Of a stretch of 64,000 nt of DNA, positions 26,583 to 37,887 are shown piece after piece. Origin of the DNA: Candidatus Sericytochromatia bacterium (lineage in GTDB: Bacteria; Cyanobacteriota; Sericytochromatia; S15B-MN24; UBA4093); contig JAKFBU010000061.1 of assembly GCA_036676985.1 (NCBI GenBank), positions 37,632-101,631 of the forward strand, written 5' to 3'. Below the pieces are notes generated by a model that was given only the letters and a program-made list of their open reading frames with translations, had not been told where the DNA came from and did not search any database. The translations under genes were made by a program, and so were the position numbers. Position 1 is the first letter of the stretch. The number at the start of each line of letters is the position of its first letter.

Positions 26583-26654
26583 GGGCGACTTTCTAGGCGA
26601 CGAGGATCGCCCCCATGCGGGGGCGATCGGCGGACGTTCGGTTTGCGAGGTGCG

Positions 26655-27653
26655 TCAGTTCTTGCCCAGCGCCTGCCGGGTCCGTCGATAGGCCTCCGGG
26701 AAGCGCGACTCGAGGAAGAAGGAGAGGGCGTTCTTCGGGTCGTTGCGGTCCTTGTGGTACTGCACTGGCACGCCGTTCACCGGGCGCATGTTGAGCCTGG
26801 CCTGGCGGGTGTGGTGCCACACGAAGCCCCCCGAGGCGGGCACGAAGTGGGCGGTCAGGCACTTGCGGGAGAAGTGCGGCTCGGTCGTCTGGAGGGCGCC
26901 GTGGATCATCGTGGAGGGAAAGACGATGGCGTCGCCCTTGCGCAGGGCCGGGGCGTGGACCTCGAGGCCATGCGCGCGCATGAGCTCCACCACGTGCGCC
27001 TTGTACTCCGGGCCGTTGGGGTCAAGTTGCATGTCGCGGCCGAGGATCGGGAACTCCAGCAGGTGGCTCTTCGGGCAGATGAAGAAGCGCCCCGCCCCCG
27101 GCTGGATGTCCTCGAGGGCCACCCAGAGCCCGACCATGCGGCCGATCTCTTCGGCGTCGATGTAGTAGCTGTCCTGGTGCGGCCAGGTGGCCTGGTTGCC
27201 GTCGAAGAACATGGTGTGGATGAGCCGGGAGCTCTCGCCGTACAGGACCTGCAGGGCGGCCTGCACGTTGAGGTGCGTGAGCACGTCCATCCCGTGCCGC
27301 TGGAAGCGTCCGAAGCGGCTCCGCGGCAGGTCCTGGAGGTTCATGATCGGGTATTTCATGAAGCCGTGGTCGGTGAAGACGTGCTGCTCCGGGCGATCGC
27401 TCGCATGCCGGTAGAAGTAGCCGCGATCCGGCCGGACCTCGTCCTGGAAGGCGTGGACGACGGCATCGCACAGCTCCACCGGGATGAGGCCGCGCAGCAC
27501 CACGAAGCCCTCGCGGGCGAAGTGGGCCTTGAGCTCCTCGGGCTGGGCCACGGACGGGTAGGGGGCGGTCGCCGGATCGTAGTGGTGGGGAATGGCGATC
27601 GTCTCACCCGTCGGCGACCCGATCATGTAGGACGAGCCCTGGATCGACTTCAT
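26655..27653 (-). CDS. PhyH-family Fe(II)/2-oxoglutarate dioxygenase
   Basis: FAREGFVVLRG, PHQDSYY (HxD), WVALEDI, PKSH, GDAIVF...IHG (distal His), R. Confidence 0.88.
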   Translation of the reverse strand: MKSIQGSSYMIGSPTGETIAIPHHYDPATAPYPSVAQPEELKAHFAREGFVVLRGLIPVELCDAVVHAFQDEVRPDRGYFYRHASDRPEQHVFTDHGFMKYPIMNLQDLPRSRFGRFQRHGMDVLTHLNVQAALQVLYGESSRLIHTMFFDGNQATWPHQDSYYIDAEEIGRMVGLWVALEDIQPGAGRFFICPKSHLLEFPILGRDMQLDPNGPEYKAHVVELMRAHGLEVHAPALRKGDAIVFPSTMIHGALQTTEPHFSRKCLTAHFVPASGGFVWHHTRQARLNMRPVNGVPVQYHKDRNDPKNALSFFLESRFPEAYRRTRQALGKN

Positions 27654-27669
27654 GGGGATCTCCTTCGTA

Positions 27670-28791
27670 TCAGCAGCCGAGGGGAGGGGACGTTGGTCGC
27701 CTGACGACGCCCGTGAGGGCCGCCAGGCGCTCCTTGAGGACCTGGGGCGGGACGCTCTTGTCTCGATAAGGCTTGGCGAGCCCGAGCCAGCCGACCACCG
27801 CGAGTCCCAGGGGGTTGGCGCGGGAAGCGGCCAGGGCGCGCAGGCCGGCCTCCTGGCCCGTGCTGTAGCGATCCTTCCATTCGTAGTGGCCCGGCCCGCA
27901 GTCCAAGAGGCGACAGCCCATGGCCGCCAAGCGCCCGAGCATCCAGACGCCCAGGAGGGCGCCCGGCGAGTAGGCGGCGAACTCCGGATCGAAGACGCGC
28001 ATCAGCCCGTAGCCGCGATCGCCGCACTTGAGGGCCAGGTCCACCGCGGCGATCCGCCCCTCGATCTCGAGGGCCCCGAAGCACAGCTCGCCGCGGGTCA
28101 CGGCCCGCCGGCTCATGGCCCGGACCTGCTCGTAGTAGGGCGGCCAATCGCGGACGCCCTGCCAGCGGGCGGCATGGAGCGCGAACAGCGTCTCCAGGAG
28201 CGACTCCAGGTTCGCGGCGTCGGCCTGCAGGTACCGGTGGGGGACGCCCTCCAGCTTCCGTTCGAGGCTGCGGACCTTCTTGCGGTGGGAGGCGGAGCGC
28301 TCCGCCCAGTAGGTCTCGAAGCTCGCCCCGAACGCGACGACATGGTGCCGGTGGCGATCGCCCTGATCCTCGACGAGCCAGCCCTTCCGGGCCAGGAGAT
28401 CCAGGATCGGGATGCTCGAGGCGTTGCGGAGGTTCAGGCTGATCCAGTCCCAGGCCTGGCGGTGCTGCCACAGGCACTCGGCGATGCGGCCGACCGCGTC
28501 CGGACCGGGACGGAGCACGAGGGGGTCGTGGCTCCATGAGTCATGGGTGCCGATCCCGGCCAGGCGGCGCAGACCCCCGCGCTTGCGCTCGATGCACCAG
28601 GGGGCGATCGCCAGGAGCTCGCCTTCGGCCGATCGCACCGCGACGATGAAGGGGGTGGTCCTGTCCTGGTGCTGGGCCAGCCAGGTGCGGACGAACTCCC
28701 AGCTCGCGAACGGAGTGGGGGGCACCAGCTCCCCCCATTCGGCGGCCAGGGCGTCGAGGGCGGCGACGGATCGAAGAACGATGGCTTGCAC
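27670..28791 (-). CDS. GNAT N-acyltransferase, CelD/BcsL-like
   Basis: W.EL...PFASWEF...W, ALHAARW, FDPEFAAYSPG, LDCGPGHYEWK; GTG start after GGAGG. Confidence 0.85.
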   Translation of the reverse strand: MQAIVLRSVAALDALAAEWGELVPPTPFASWEFVRTWLAQHQDRTTPFIVAVRSAEGELLAIAPWCIERKRGGLRRLAGIGTHDSWSHDPLVLRPGPDAVGRIAECLWQHRQAWDWISLNLRNASSIPILDLLARKGWLVEDQGDRHRHHVVAFGASFETYWAERSASHRKKVRSLERKLEGVPHRYLQADAANLESLLETLFALHAARWQGVRDWPPYYEQVRAMSRRAVTRGELCFGALEIEGRIAAVDLALKCGDRGYGLMRVFDPEFAAYSPGALLGVWMLGRLAAMGCRLLDCGPGHYEWKDRYSTGQEAGLRALAASRANPLGLAVVGWLGLAKPYRDKSVPPQVLKERLAALTGVVRRPTSPPLGC

Positions 28792-29004
28792 GATGACCTC
28801 CGCGATGCTGCGACGAAAGCTTGTCGGGAGAGCATCGTAAGCAGTCGAGCGGAAGCGTGGGTTGTCCAAATCGGAGAGAGAAATCTCTCTTCCCCTCAGG
28901 GGCCGTCCCCTCCGCCATGCCGACTCCTGCCGGGGCCTGGCGAGCGGGATCCGGGCGCGCTCGGGGCGGGGAGTCGGCCCCCTGTCGCGTTGACCGCGAA
29001 ACGT

Positions 29005-29034
29005 TTGACACAAAAATTTACAAAGTTATATAAT
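29005..29034 (+). promoter_or_regulatory. Consensus sigma70 promoter
   Basis: TTGACA-N18-TATAAT upstream of the epimerase gene. Confidence 0.75.
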
Positions 29035-29209
29035 CAGGCGGCGTAAGGCTCGGACCTCTGTTTCGTGCGGCCTCCCGGGGGCCGCTCCCTCTCCCCGATC
29101 GTCCATCGCCGCCCGTGGCCCCGCCACGGAGCGCTCCCATCCAGCGCACCCCGTCCATGCGGCACGGGGGGCGTCAGCCGACCTGCTTCTTAGAAGAGAC
29201 GGGGGTAAT

Positions 29210-30196
29210 ATGGCCAAGCACATCCTGATCACTGGCGGCGCCGGCTTCATCGGCAGCCATCTCGTCGACGACCTATTGCAGTCGGGCCACGACGTGACCA
29301 TCGTCGACAACTTCGACCCCTTCTACGCCCGCGAGGTCAAGGAGCGCAACATCGCCGCCCACCGTGCCGCGGGGCGCGTCCGCCTGCATGACCTCGACAT
29401 CCTGGATCTCGTCGGCATGCGCTCGGCTCTTTCCGGCGACTACGACGCCATCGTCCACATCGCCGCCCGGGCGGGCGTTCGCCCCTCCATCCAGGACCCC
29501 ATGGGCTATCAGGCCTCCAACGTGCTGGGCACCCAGCACATGCTGGAGCTCGCCAAGGAGTGGGGGATCAAGCAGTTCGTCTTCGCCTCGTCCAGCAGCG
29601 TCTACGGGGTCAACCCCAACGTTCCCTGGAGGGAGGACGACCACGTGCTCCTGCCCATCAGTCCCTACGCCTCCACCAAGGTGAGCTGCGAGCTGTTGGG
29701 TCACGTCTACAGCCAGCTGTACGGCATCCGCTTCTTGGCCATGCGCTTCTTCACCGTCTACGGGCCGCGCCAGCGGCCGGACCTCGCCATCCACAAGTTC
29801 GCCCAGCTCATGGCCCAGGGCGCACCGCTGCCCTTCTTCGGGGACGGCTCGACGGCGCGCGACTACACCTACGTGGCCGACATCGTGCAGGGCCTGCGGG
29901 CCGCGATCGACTACGACGCGAGCATGTTCGAAGTCATCAACCTCAGCAACAACGCCGTCACGACCCTGCACGGCCTGGTCGGGGCCCTCGAGGAGGCGCT
30001 CGGCTTCGAGGCCCGACTCGACCCTTTGCCCGCCCAGCCGGGCGACGTGCCGCAGACCTGGGGCCACATCGGAAAGGCCCGGAGCCTCCTTGGGTACGAG
30101 CCGAAGACCGATCTGCACAGCGGGCTCAAGCTGTTTGCCCAGTGGTTCCACCAGTCGCTCGAGGACAAGCCCCATGCGCATTCTCTCCGTTCATAA
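29210..30196 (+). CDS. NAD-dependent nucleotide-sugar epimerase (UDP-glucuronate 4-epimerase-like)
   Basis: TGGAGFIG, AARAGVRPS, ASSSSVYG, YASTK, RFFTVYGPRQRPDLA, QPGDV. Confidence 0.9.
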   Translation: MAKHILITGGAGFIGSHLVDDLLQSGHDVTIVDNFDPFYAREVKERNIAAHRAAGRVRLHDLDILDLVGMRSALSGDYDAIVHIAARAGVRPSIQDPMGYQASNVLGTQHMLELAKEWGIKQFVFASSSSVYGVNPNVPWREDDHVLLPISPYASTKVSCELLGHVYSQLYGIRFLAMRFFTVYGPRQRPDLAIHKFAQLMAQGAPLPFFGDGSTARDYTYVADIVQGLRAAIDYDASMFEVINLSNNAVTTLHGLVGALEEALGFEARLDPLPAQPGDVPQTWGHIGKARSLLGYEPKTDLHSGLKLFAQWFHQSLEDKPHAHSLRS

Positions 30197-31367
30197 CCGC
30201 TACCTCATCGGCGGCGGGGAGGACAACTCGACGGCCGCCGAGATCGCCCTCCTGGAGCAGCACGGCCACACGGTCGAGTGCTACACGGAGGACAACGAGC
30301 GCGTCTCGGAGCTCGGCATGGCGCGCACCGCTCTGCGCACCATCTGGTCCCGCGAGACCTATCGCAACATCCGGCGCCTCTTGCAAAAGGGGCGCTTCGA
30401 TGTGGTCTCGATCCAGAACACCTTCCCCCTGATCTCGCCGTCGGTGTACTACGCCGCCCAGGCCGAGGGCGTGCCGGTGGTCCAGACGCTTCGAAACTAC
30501 CGCCTGCTCTGCCCCAACGCCTACCTGTTCCGTGCGGAGAAGGCCTGCGAGTCCTGCGTCGGCAAGCTCTTCCCGTGGCCGGGCGTCCAGCATGCCTGCT
30601 ACCGGGACAGCCGGGCCGGGAGCATGGTACTTGCGACCATGCTCGCGACCCACCGCCTCCTCGGTACCTACCGCGCCCAGGTCGACGTGTACGTGGCCCT
30701 GACGGAGTTCGCCCGTCGCAAGTTCATCGAGGGCGGGCTGCCGGCCGAGAAGATCGTCGTCAAGCCCAACTTCGTCGCTCCCGACCCGGGCGTGGGCGAC
30801 GGAGCGGGCGGTTTCGTCCTCTTCGTGGGTCGCCTCTCCGAGGAGAAGGGCCTCCGGACTCTCCTGGAGGCGTGGCGATCGCTCACGACGCCCGTCCCCC
30901 TCAAGATCGCGGGCGAAGGCCCGCTGCTCGATCTGGTCGAGCGGGCGGTCGCCGAGAACCCGTCCATCGAGTACCTCGGCCGCCGCTCGAGCGCCGAGGT
31001 CTTCGAGCTGATGGGGCAGGCGCGGGCCCTGGTGTTTCCGTCCCAGTGGTACGAGGGCATGCCGCGCACCATCCTCGAGGCCTACGCCAAGGGCACGCCC
31101 GTCCTGGCCACCCGCCTGGGGGCCATGGAGACGCTGGTGGAGCACGGGCAGACAGGCCGTCACTTCGTTCCGGGGGACGTTTCGGACCTCGTGCGCCAGG
31201 TCGAATGGATGGTGTCGCATCCGGACGACTGGGCCGCCATGCGCCATGCCTCCCGCCGCGCCTTCGAGGGGGAGTTCACGGCCGAGGCCAATTACCGGCG
31301 CACGATCCAGATTTTCGAGCGGGCCATCTCGCAGCGCCAGAGCCTCAAGGCTGCCTGGACAAGCTAG
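30174..31367 (+). CDS. Glycosyltransferase family 4 with Cys-rich insert
   Basis: HNRY..GGED, YRLLCP...CESC...CYRDS, VGRLSEEKG, WYEGMPRTILEA. Confidence 0.9.
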   Translation: MRILSVHNRYLIGGGEDNSTAAEIALLEQHGHTVECYTEDNERVSELGMARTALRTIWSRETYRNIRRLLQKGRFDVVSIQNTFPLISPSVYYAAQAEGVPVVQTLRNYRLLCPNAYLFRAEKACESCVGKLFPWPGVQHACYRDSRAGSMVLATMLATHRLLGTYRAQVDVYVALTEFARRKFIEGGLPAEKIVVKPNFVAPDPGVGDGAGGFVLFVGRLSEEKGLRTLLEAWRSLTTPVPLKIAGEGPLLDLVERAVAENPSIEYLGRRSSAEVFELMGQARALVFPSQWYEGMPRTILEAYAKGTPVLATRLGAMETLVEHGQTGRHFVPGDVSDLVRQVEWMVSHPDDWAAMRHASRRAFEGEFTAEANYRRTIQIFERAISQRQSLKAAWTS

Positions 31368-32577
31368 CGGATACTGGGCCAACGCGCGAAGGCACGGGCC
31401 TTCGCACATCGGATGCCCACTTGGTTAGCAGGCGCTTGGAGACATGCCAGAACGGCCCGGGATCGTCCCATGCGAACTTGGAAAAGGAGCGGACGCTCGC
31501 ACAAGAGCGGAGCCACGCCTTGAGGTCGAGCTCGCCCCGTTTTTGGTAGGCCAGGAACGACTTGAAGTCCCGCTGGGCATCCATCCAGCGTCGGCCCGTC
31601 TGGAAAGTCTTGGGGGCCTCCAGCGGCAGTCCCAGGAGATCAAGATAGTAGGTCAAGGGCAGGTTGACGCCGCAGTCCGTGGCGAGGATCGTTTGCTGGC
31701 CGATCCGGGGATTGAGCTCGATCAACTGGATCGAGCCGTCACGCTCGTCTTCCTTGAACTCGATCGAGGCAATCCCTTGGTAGCCGATGTTGCGCAGGAA
31801 CGTGAGCCCCGCCTCCAACAAGGCCGGGTGTTCCAGGCTTTCGACCATGCTGCCGACGCCGAACTCCGGCGGGTTCTGGCGGATCTTGCGCAGCGTGAAG
31901 GAGGCGCGAGGCTGGCTCTGGCGGTCGAAGTAGGCGTAGACCTCGCAGATGTTCGACTCGGGGCCCGGGATCAGCTCTTGCACCAACACCTTCAGTCCGC
32001 TGGGCAGGATCTCGCCGAACCGCGCCATCATCTCTTCGTGGGTCCGGACGTGGAAGCCCTTGATCGGGAAGCGTTCGGCCCACAGGTGGCTGACGCATGG
32101 CTTGATGAAGGCCGGGTACCGCACCCGATCGCGAATCCGCTCGACCTCTTGCCAGGAGGCGACGTGAAAGGTCCTGGGCACCCGGCAACCAGCGCGCTCG
32201 GCAAGCTCGTATTGCAGCCGCTTGTCGACGCAGGCCTCGATGATGGTCGGTGCGGGCAGGTTGAAGCGGAAGTAGCGGCTCAGCGGGTCGCGATATCGAG
32301 AGGCGAAGAGCACGAAGGCATCCGATGCAGGCAGGAGGATGCCAGGCTGCTCGAGTCGCCGACCTTCGTCCAGCAGGAACGCGAGGAGCTCTTCCGGCTG
32401 ATGGTCGGGATGCGGGCAGCGTTTGGGGGTGCCGAACCGCGAGCCGAAGCCCGCATGCCCCGGGTTGAAGTCCATGCCGATTACCGGGATGCCATGGCGT
32501 CCCAGGCTCCGCACGGCGGACAGACCGGTGTCGAACAGCCCCAAGACCAACGCGGTGGGCAAATGACGAGGGGTCAT
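31345..32577 (-). CDS. ATP-grasp carboxylate-amine ligase (D-aspartate-ligase-like)
   Basis: GLSAVRSLGRHGI, DK..QYELA, YPAFIKP, VQELIPG, IEFKEDERDG, IELNPR. Confidence 0.85.
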   Translation of the reverse strand: MTPRHLPTALVLGLFDTGLSAVRSLGRHGIPVIGMDFNPGHAGFGSRFGTPKRCPHPDHQPEELLAFLLDEGRRLEQPGILLPASDAFVLFASRYRDPLSRYFRFNLPAPTIIEACVDKRLQYELAERAGCRVPRTFHVASWQEVERIRDRVRYPAFIKPCVSHLWAERFPIKGFHVRTHEEMMARFGEILPSGLKVLVQELIPGPESNICEVYAYFDRQSQPRASFTLRKIRQNPPEFGVGSMVESLEHPALLEAGLTFLRNIGYQGIASIEFKEDERDGSIQLIELNPRIGQQTILATDCGVNLPLTYYLDLLGLPLEAPKTFQTGRRWMDAQRDFKSFLAYQKRGELDLKAWLRSCASVRSFSKFAWDDPGPFWHVSKRLLTKWASDVRRPVPSRVGPVSASLSRQP

Positions 32578-32589
32578 GGATCCTCCTCT

Positions 32590-33750
32590 CTAGCCGTGAA
32601 CGGGGCGCAGCTGCACGTGCCGTTGCAGACCACTCAAGTAGAGGGCCTCGTACTTGCGAATCATGGTGTCGAGGCCATACTCGCGCCGCACCAGGTCTAG
32701 CCCGTCACGGGCGAGGCGGTCGGCGAGCGCCGGCTCGTCGAGCAGGCGCTTGAGGGCCTGGATGAGAGCCTCGGACGAGCCGGCCGGGAACAGCAGGCCC
32801 GTCCGCTCATGGTGGATGATCTCCTCGTTGCCGGGGATGGTGCTTGCCACCACCGTCTTGCGCGCGGCCATGGCCTCGAGCAGGGTCATGGAGAGACCCT
32901 CCACGTCGGAGGCGTTGACGATGACGTCCACGGCCCGGTAGAGCGCGGGCATGTCGCTGCGCCAGCCCAGGAAGCGGACGCAGTGCCGGATCCCCAGCTC
33001 GTCCACCATTCGCTCCAGCTCCGGGCGATCCGGTCCGTCGCCGACGATGGCGAAGAGCGGCGCGCGCGGGTGGTCGGCAAGCGACTTGGCTGCCAGGAGC
33101 AGGGTCCGGTGGCCCTTCTCCCTGGCGAGGCGTCCGACGATGGCCACCACGGGGCGATCGCCGAAGCCGAGCGCCTCCCGGAGGTCGGCGCCGTCGTCGG
33201 TGGACGCGTCCAGGGCCACGGCGTTGTGGATCACCTGGATGCGCTCCGGCGAGAGCCCGAGCTCCCTGGAGACGGACTCCCGGCACGCCGTCGAGACCGC
33301 CGTGTTGTGGGTCGCCAGGTGCTTCAAGAGGGGCTCGCTAAGTTTGCCGATCCACCGGCTGGAGTCGGGCCATTGCTGCGTCACGTGAAAGGTCCGGACC
33401 CGCACGGGGGTCCGGGCGAGGTAGCCGGCCACCTGCCCGTAGAAATCCGGCTGGAAGACCCCCGTGTGGAGGATGTCCACGCGCTCGGCTTCCAGCATCC
33501 GGCAGAGCCGGGGGATGGGGTCCAGGGTCTTCTGCGTCCCATGGCGCTGGAGGGAGTGGATGGGGATCCCCCGCTCCTCGAGCCGCCGGAGCATGGTGCG
33601 GTCCATGCGCTCGGGCGGCGTGGAGGTGACCGACACCAAAGAGACCTTGAACCGTTCGGGATCCAGCCGGGTGGCGAGCTCGCTGACGATGCGCTGGGTG
33701 CCGCCCGTGGACAGGTTGTTGATGAGGTAGAGGACGTGGGAGCGTTCCAT
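32590..33750 (-). CDS. Glycosyltransferase family 4
   Basis: LSTGGTQR, VGRLAREKGH, EGLSMTLLEAMA. Confidence 0.9.
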   Translation of the reverse strand: MERSHVLYLINNLSTGGTQRIVSELATRLDPERFKVSLVSVTSTPPERMDRTMLRRLEERGIPIHSLQRHGTQKTLDPIPRLCRMLEAERVDILHTGVFQPDFYGQVAGYLARTPVRVRTFHVTQQWPDSSRWIGKLSEPLLKHLATHNTAVSTACRESVSRELGLSPERIQVIHNAVALDASTDDGADLREALGFGDRPVVAIVGRLAREKGHRTLLLAAKSLADHPRAPLFAIVGDGPDRPELERMVDELGIRHCVRFLGWRSDMPALYRAVDVIVNASDVEGLSMTLLEAMAARKTVVASTIPGNEEIIHHERTGLLFPAGSSEALIQALKRLLDEPALADRLARDGLDLVRREYGLDTMIRKYEALYLSGLQRHVQLRPVHG

Positions 33751-33767
33751 GATGGCGTCTCCTTGCG

Positions 33768-34730
33768 CTAGGCGCTTCTGGACGGCCTGGCGAGCCGTCC
33801 CGAGAGCTTGGTCAGGAAGTGAGGGAGCCCGTACTGGTACCGGATGCTGAGGCGCTCGAGCTCGAAGAGCGACGAGCGGGCCCCCGCGAGCCCGGGGATC
33901 ATCGAGGTGGCCGATCGATAGCCCGCCTCCTGTACCATGCGGGCGATGACGGGCGAGTAGTCGCGGGGCTGTCCGTTGGGATAGGCGAAGTGCAGGACGG
34001 GGCTTCCCGTCCAGGCCTCCAGGACGGCCTTGGAGTGGCGAAGCTCCCACTCGGCCTCCTCGAGGCGCTGGCGTGAGAGGATGGGATGCGTCACGGTGTG
34101 GCTGCCGATCTCCATGCCGGCGTCCGCCAGCGCGCGCACCTCGTCCCAGGTCATGGTCAAGCGCTCGGGCGGCTCCAGGGGCTCGCAGACGGCGTCCAGG
34201 AGCTCCTTGGCCGTACGGCTCGCCTCTCGCTTGAGGGCCTCTGTGACCAGCGCGATCTGCGCGTCGCGCGGCTTGCCCGCGATAAGGGGGGCGAGTGCCG
34301 GCCATGCCTGCACGACCTCGGCCTCGGAGCGCAGGCCCAGGCGGACCCGATCGAACCAGTAGTAGGCGCGCTCCTCGATCATGCCCGTGGCCACGTAAAA
34401 GGTGGCCGGGATGTCGTAGGCCTTGAGGATGGGCAGTGCGGTCTGGTAGTTGTCCACGAAGCCGTCGTCGAAGGTCACGACCACCGCCCCTGCCGGCAGG
34501 GGGCTCCGGCGCTCCAGGCGCCAGACGAGCTCGGTGAGGGAGATCGGATGGAAGAGCTCGCGCAGGGTGCGCATCTGGAGCTCGAAAGCCGCAGGCGACA
34601 CGCTGATGGAGCTCGGCTCCGGGTGGATCCGGTGGTAGGTCAGGATGGGAACGAGCCCCCGGCGCTGGACCAGTGCCCGGAGGCACTGGGTCCAGAGGCC
34701 GGTGGCCGGATGCGAGGCGGCGCGACCCAT
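33768..34730 (-). CDS. Polysaccharide deacetylase (CE4/NodB)
   Basis: ILTYHRI, TFDDG, GSHTVTHP, FAYPNG; TGATG overlap with the upstream gene. Confidence 0.9.
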   Translation of the reverse strand: MGRAASHPATGLWTQCLRALVQRRGLVPILTYHRIHPEPSSISVSPAAFELQMRTLRELFHPISLTELVWRLERRSPLPAGAVVVTFDDGFVDNYQTALPILKAYDIPATFYVATGMIEERAYYWFDRVRLGLRSEAEVVQAWPALAPLIAGKPRDAQIALVTEALKREASRTAKELLDAVCEPLEPPERLTMTWDEVRALADAGMEIGSHTVTHPILSRQRLEEAEWELRHSKAVLEAWTGSPVLHFAYPNGQPRDYSPVIARMVQEAGYRSATSMIPGLAGARSSLFELERLSIRYQYGLPHFLTKLSGRLARPSRSA

Positions 34731-35422
34731 CAGCACGATCCTTTCGCGGCCAGGACGGCCGAGATCGTCCGCCACAGGATGCCCAGGTCGTAGGTGGGGC
34801 TCCAGCGTTCGATGTACTCCAGGTCGAGGTCGACCATCTTCTGGAAGGAGTCGATCTCGTTGCGGCCGCTGACCTGCCACAGGCCCGTGCAGCCCGGCAG
34901 CACGTCGAGGCGCCTCATCTGGTGGGGTTCGTGCTTGGCGACCTCGTAGGTGGGCAGGGGCCGGGGGCCGATGACGCTCATCTCGCGCCTCAGCACGTTG
35001 TAGAGCTGGGGCAGCTCGTCCAGGCTGGTCCGCCGGAGGATGCGGCCGATCCGGGTGACGCGGGGATCCTTGGTCATCTTGAAGATGACGCCCCCCTTCA
35101 TCTCGTTGAAGGCCAAGAGCTCCTGGTGGCGGGCCTCGGCGTCGGTGCCCATGGTCCGGAACTTGTACATCCAGAACTCGCGGCCGTTGAGGCCCACGCG
35201 CTTTTGCCGGAACAGGACCGGGCCGGGCGAGTCCAGCTTGATGAGCACGGCGATGACGAGCATGAGGGGCAAGGCCAAAAAGAGGCCCGTCAGCGCGAAC
35301 CAGATGTCGAAGAGGCGCTTGGTGAGGCCGGGTAGGCCGTGCAGGGAAGGGTGGGTCGCGGGATAGGAGAGGGGAAGGGAGGACACTCCCCCCTGCCCGA
35401 CGTTGGTGAATTCAGCAGACAT
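34730..35422 (-). CDS. Priming undecaprenyl-phosphate sugar-1-phosphate transferase (Bac_transf)
   Basis: KRLFDI, KFRTM, DPRVTRIG, SLDELPQL, PGCTGLWQVSGRN. Confidence 0.93.
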   Translation of the reverse strand: MSAEFTNVGQGGVSSLPLSYPATHPSLHGLPGLTKRLFDIWFALTGLFLALPLMLVIAVLIKLDSPGPVLFRQKRVGLNGREFWMYKFRTMGTDAEARHQELLAFNEMKGGVIFKMTKDPRVTRIGRILRRTSLDELPQLYNVLRREMSVIGPRPLPTYEVAKHEPHQMRRLDVLPGCTGLWQVSGRNEIDSFQKMVDLDLEYIERWSPTYDLGILWRTISAVLAAKGSC

Positions 35423-35446
35423 GCGCGTTCTCCTTGAGCGGTGGCG

Positions 35447-36411
<965 letters not shown>

Positions 36412-36412
<1 letters not shown>

Positions 36413-37791
36413 TAGCGCACCTCCTCGGCCTTCTGGACGGGAGCCTGCTGGGGCACGGCCGGGTACCGGGGGCGGCCGATGCTGAAGTAGTCGAAGCCGA
36501 GGGCCGCCATCTGCTTGGGGTCGTAGAGGTTGCGTCCGTCGAAGATGGCCGGGAAGTTGAGCCGCTCGCGCACCACCTCGAAGTTGGGGCGGCGGAACTC
36601 GTTCCACTCGGTGCAGATGACCAGGGCGTCAGCCCCCCAGAGCGCCTCGTAGACGTCCGGGGCGTAGGAGATCTCGTCGTTGAGGATCCGGCGCGTCACG
36701 CCCATGGCCGCTGGGTCGAAGGCCGTGACCTTGGCGCCCGCCGCCTTGAGGGCCTCGATGGTGGCAAACGCCGAGGACTCGCGGACGTCGTCGGTGTTGG
36801 CCTTGAAGGAAAGCCCCCAGACGGCGATCCGGCGCTTCTCGAGGGATCCGCCGAAGTAGTCCAAGAGCCGGGACACCAGGGTGGTCTGCTGGTCGTGGTT
36901 GACGGCAAGCACCGAGTCGAGGATGCGAAAGCGGTAGCCGTTGGCGCGGGCGGTGCTCGCCAGGGCCTTGACGTCCTTGGGGAAGCAGCTGCCGCCGAAG
37001 CCGATACCAGCGTAGAGGAATTGCTTGCCGATCCGGCTGTCGGTGCCGGTGCCGAGGCGCACGGAGTCCACGTTGGCGCCGACCTTCTCGCACAGGTTGG
37101 CGATCTCGTTCATGAAGGTGATCTTGGTGGCCAGGAAGGCGTTGGCCGCGTACTTCGTCATCTCGCTGGATCGCTCGTCCATCACGAGGATCGGGTTGCC
37201 GTTGCGCACGAAGGGCTCGTAGAGCTCGCGCATGATGGAGGCTGCCCGCTCGCTGGACGAGCCGATCACCACCCGCTCGGGCTTCATGAAGTCGTCGACG
37301 GCCACGCCCTCGCGCAGGAACTCTGGGTTGGAGACGACGTCGAAGTCCTCGCCCGGGACGGCTCTGGCGCCCGCGACCAGCGTACGTACGCGGTCGGCGG
37401 TGCCGACGGGGACGGTGCTCTTGTTGACGATGATCTTGTAGCCGTTGAGCATGGTGCCGATTTGGCCTGCGACCTGCAGGACGGCCGAGAGGTCGGCCGA
37501 GCCGTCCTTTCCGGGCGGCGTGGGCAGCGCCAGGAAGATGATGTCGCTAGCAGTGACGGCCTCCTGGAGGTCGGTGGTGAAGGTGAGGCGGCCCTCGCGG
37601 GTGTTGCGCTCGAACAAGAGCTCCAGGCCGGGCTCGAAGATCGTGAGCTCGCCGTTGGTCAGCTTGAGGACCTTGAGGCGGTCGACGTCGACGCAGACGA
37701 CGTCGTGTCCCATCTCGGCGAAGCAGGTGCCGGTGACCAGTCCCACGTAGCCGGTGCCGATGATCGCAAGCTTCTTGGGGTTGCTCGACAT
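36412..37791 (-). CDS. ugd: UDP-glucose 6-dehydrogenase
   Basis: [42 protein letters not shown]. Confidence 0.95.
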
Positions 37792-37887
37792 GTTCGTTCC
37801 ACCTTTCAGTGCGCAGGCTGACGCCTGCGTGAGCGAAATTCCACGTTCACGGGTGCGTTGGGGGTCTTCGGTTGTGGGAAAAGGGAG

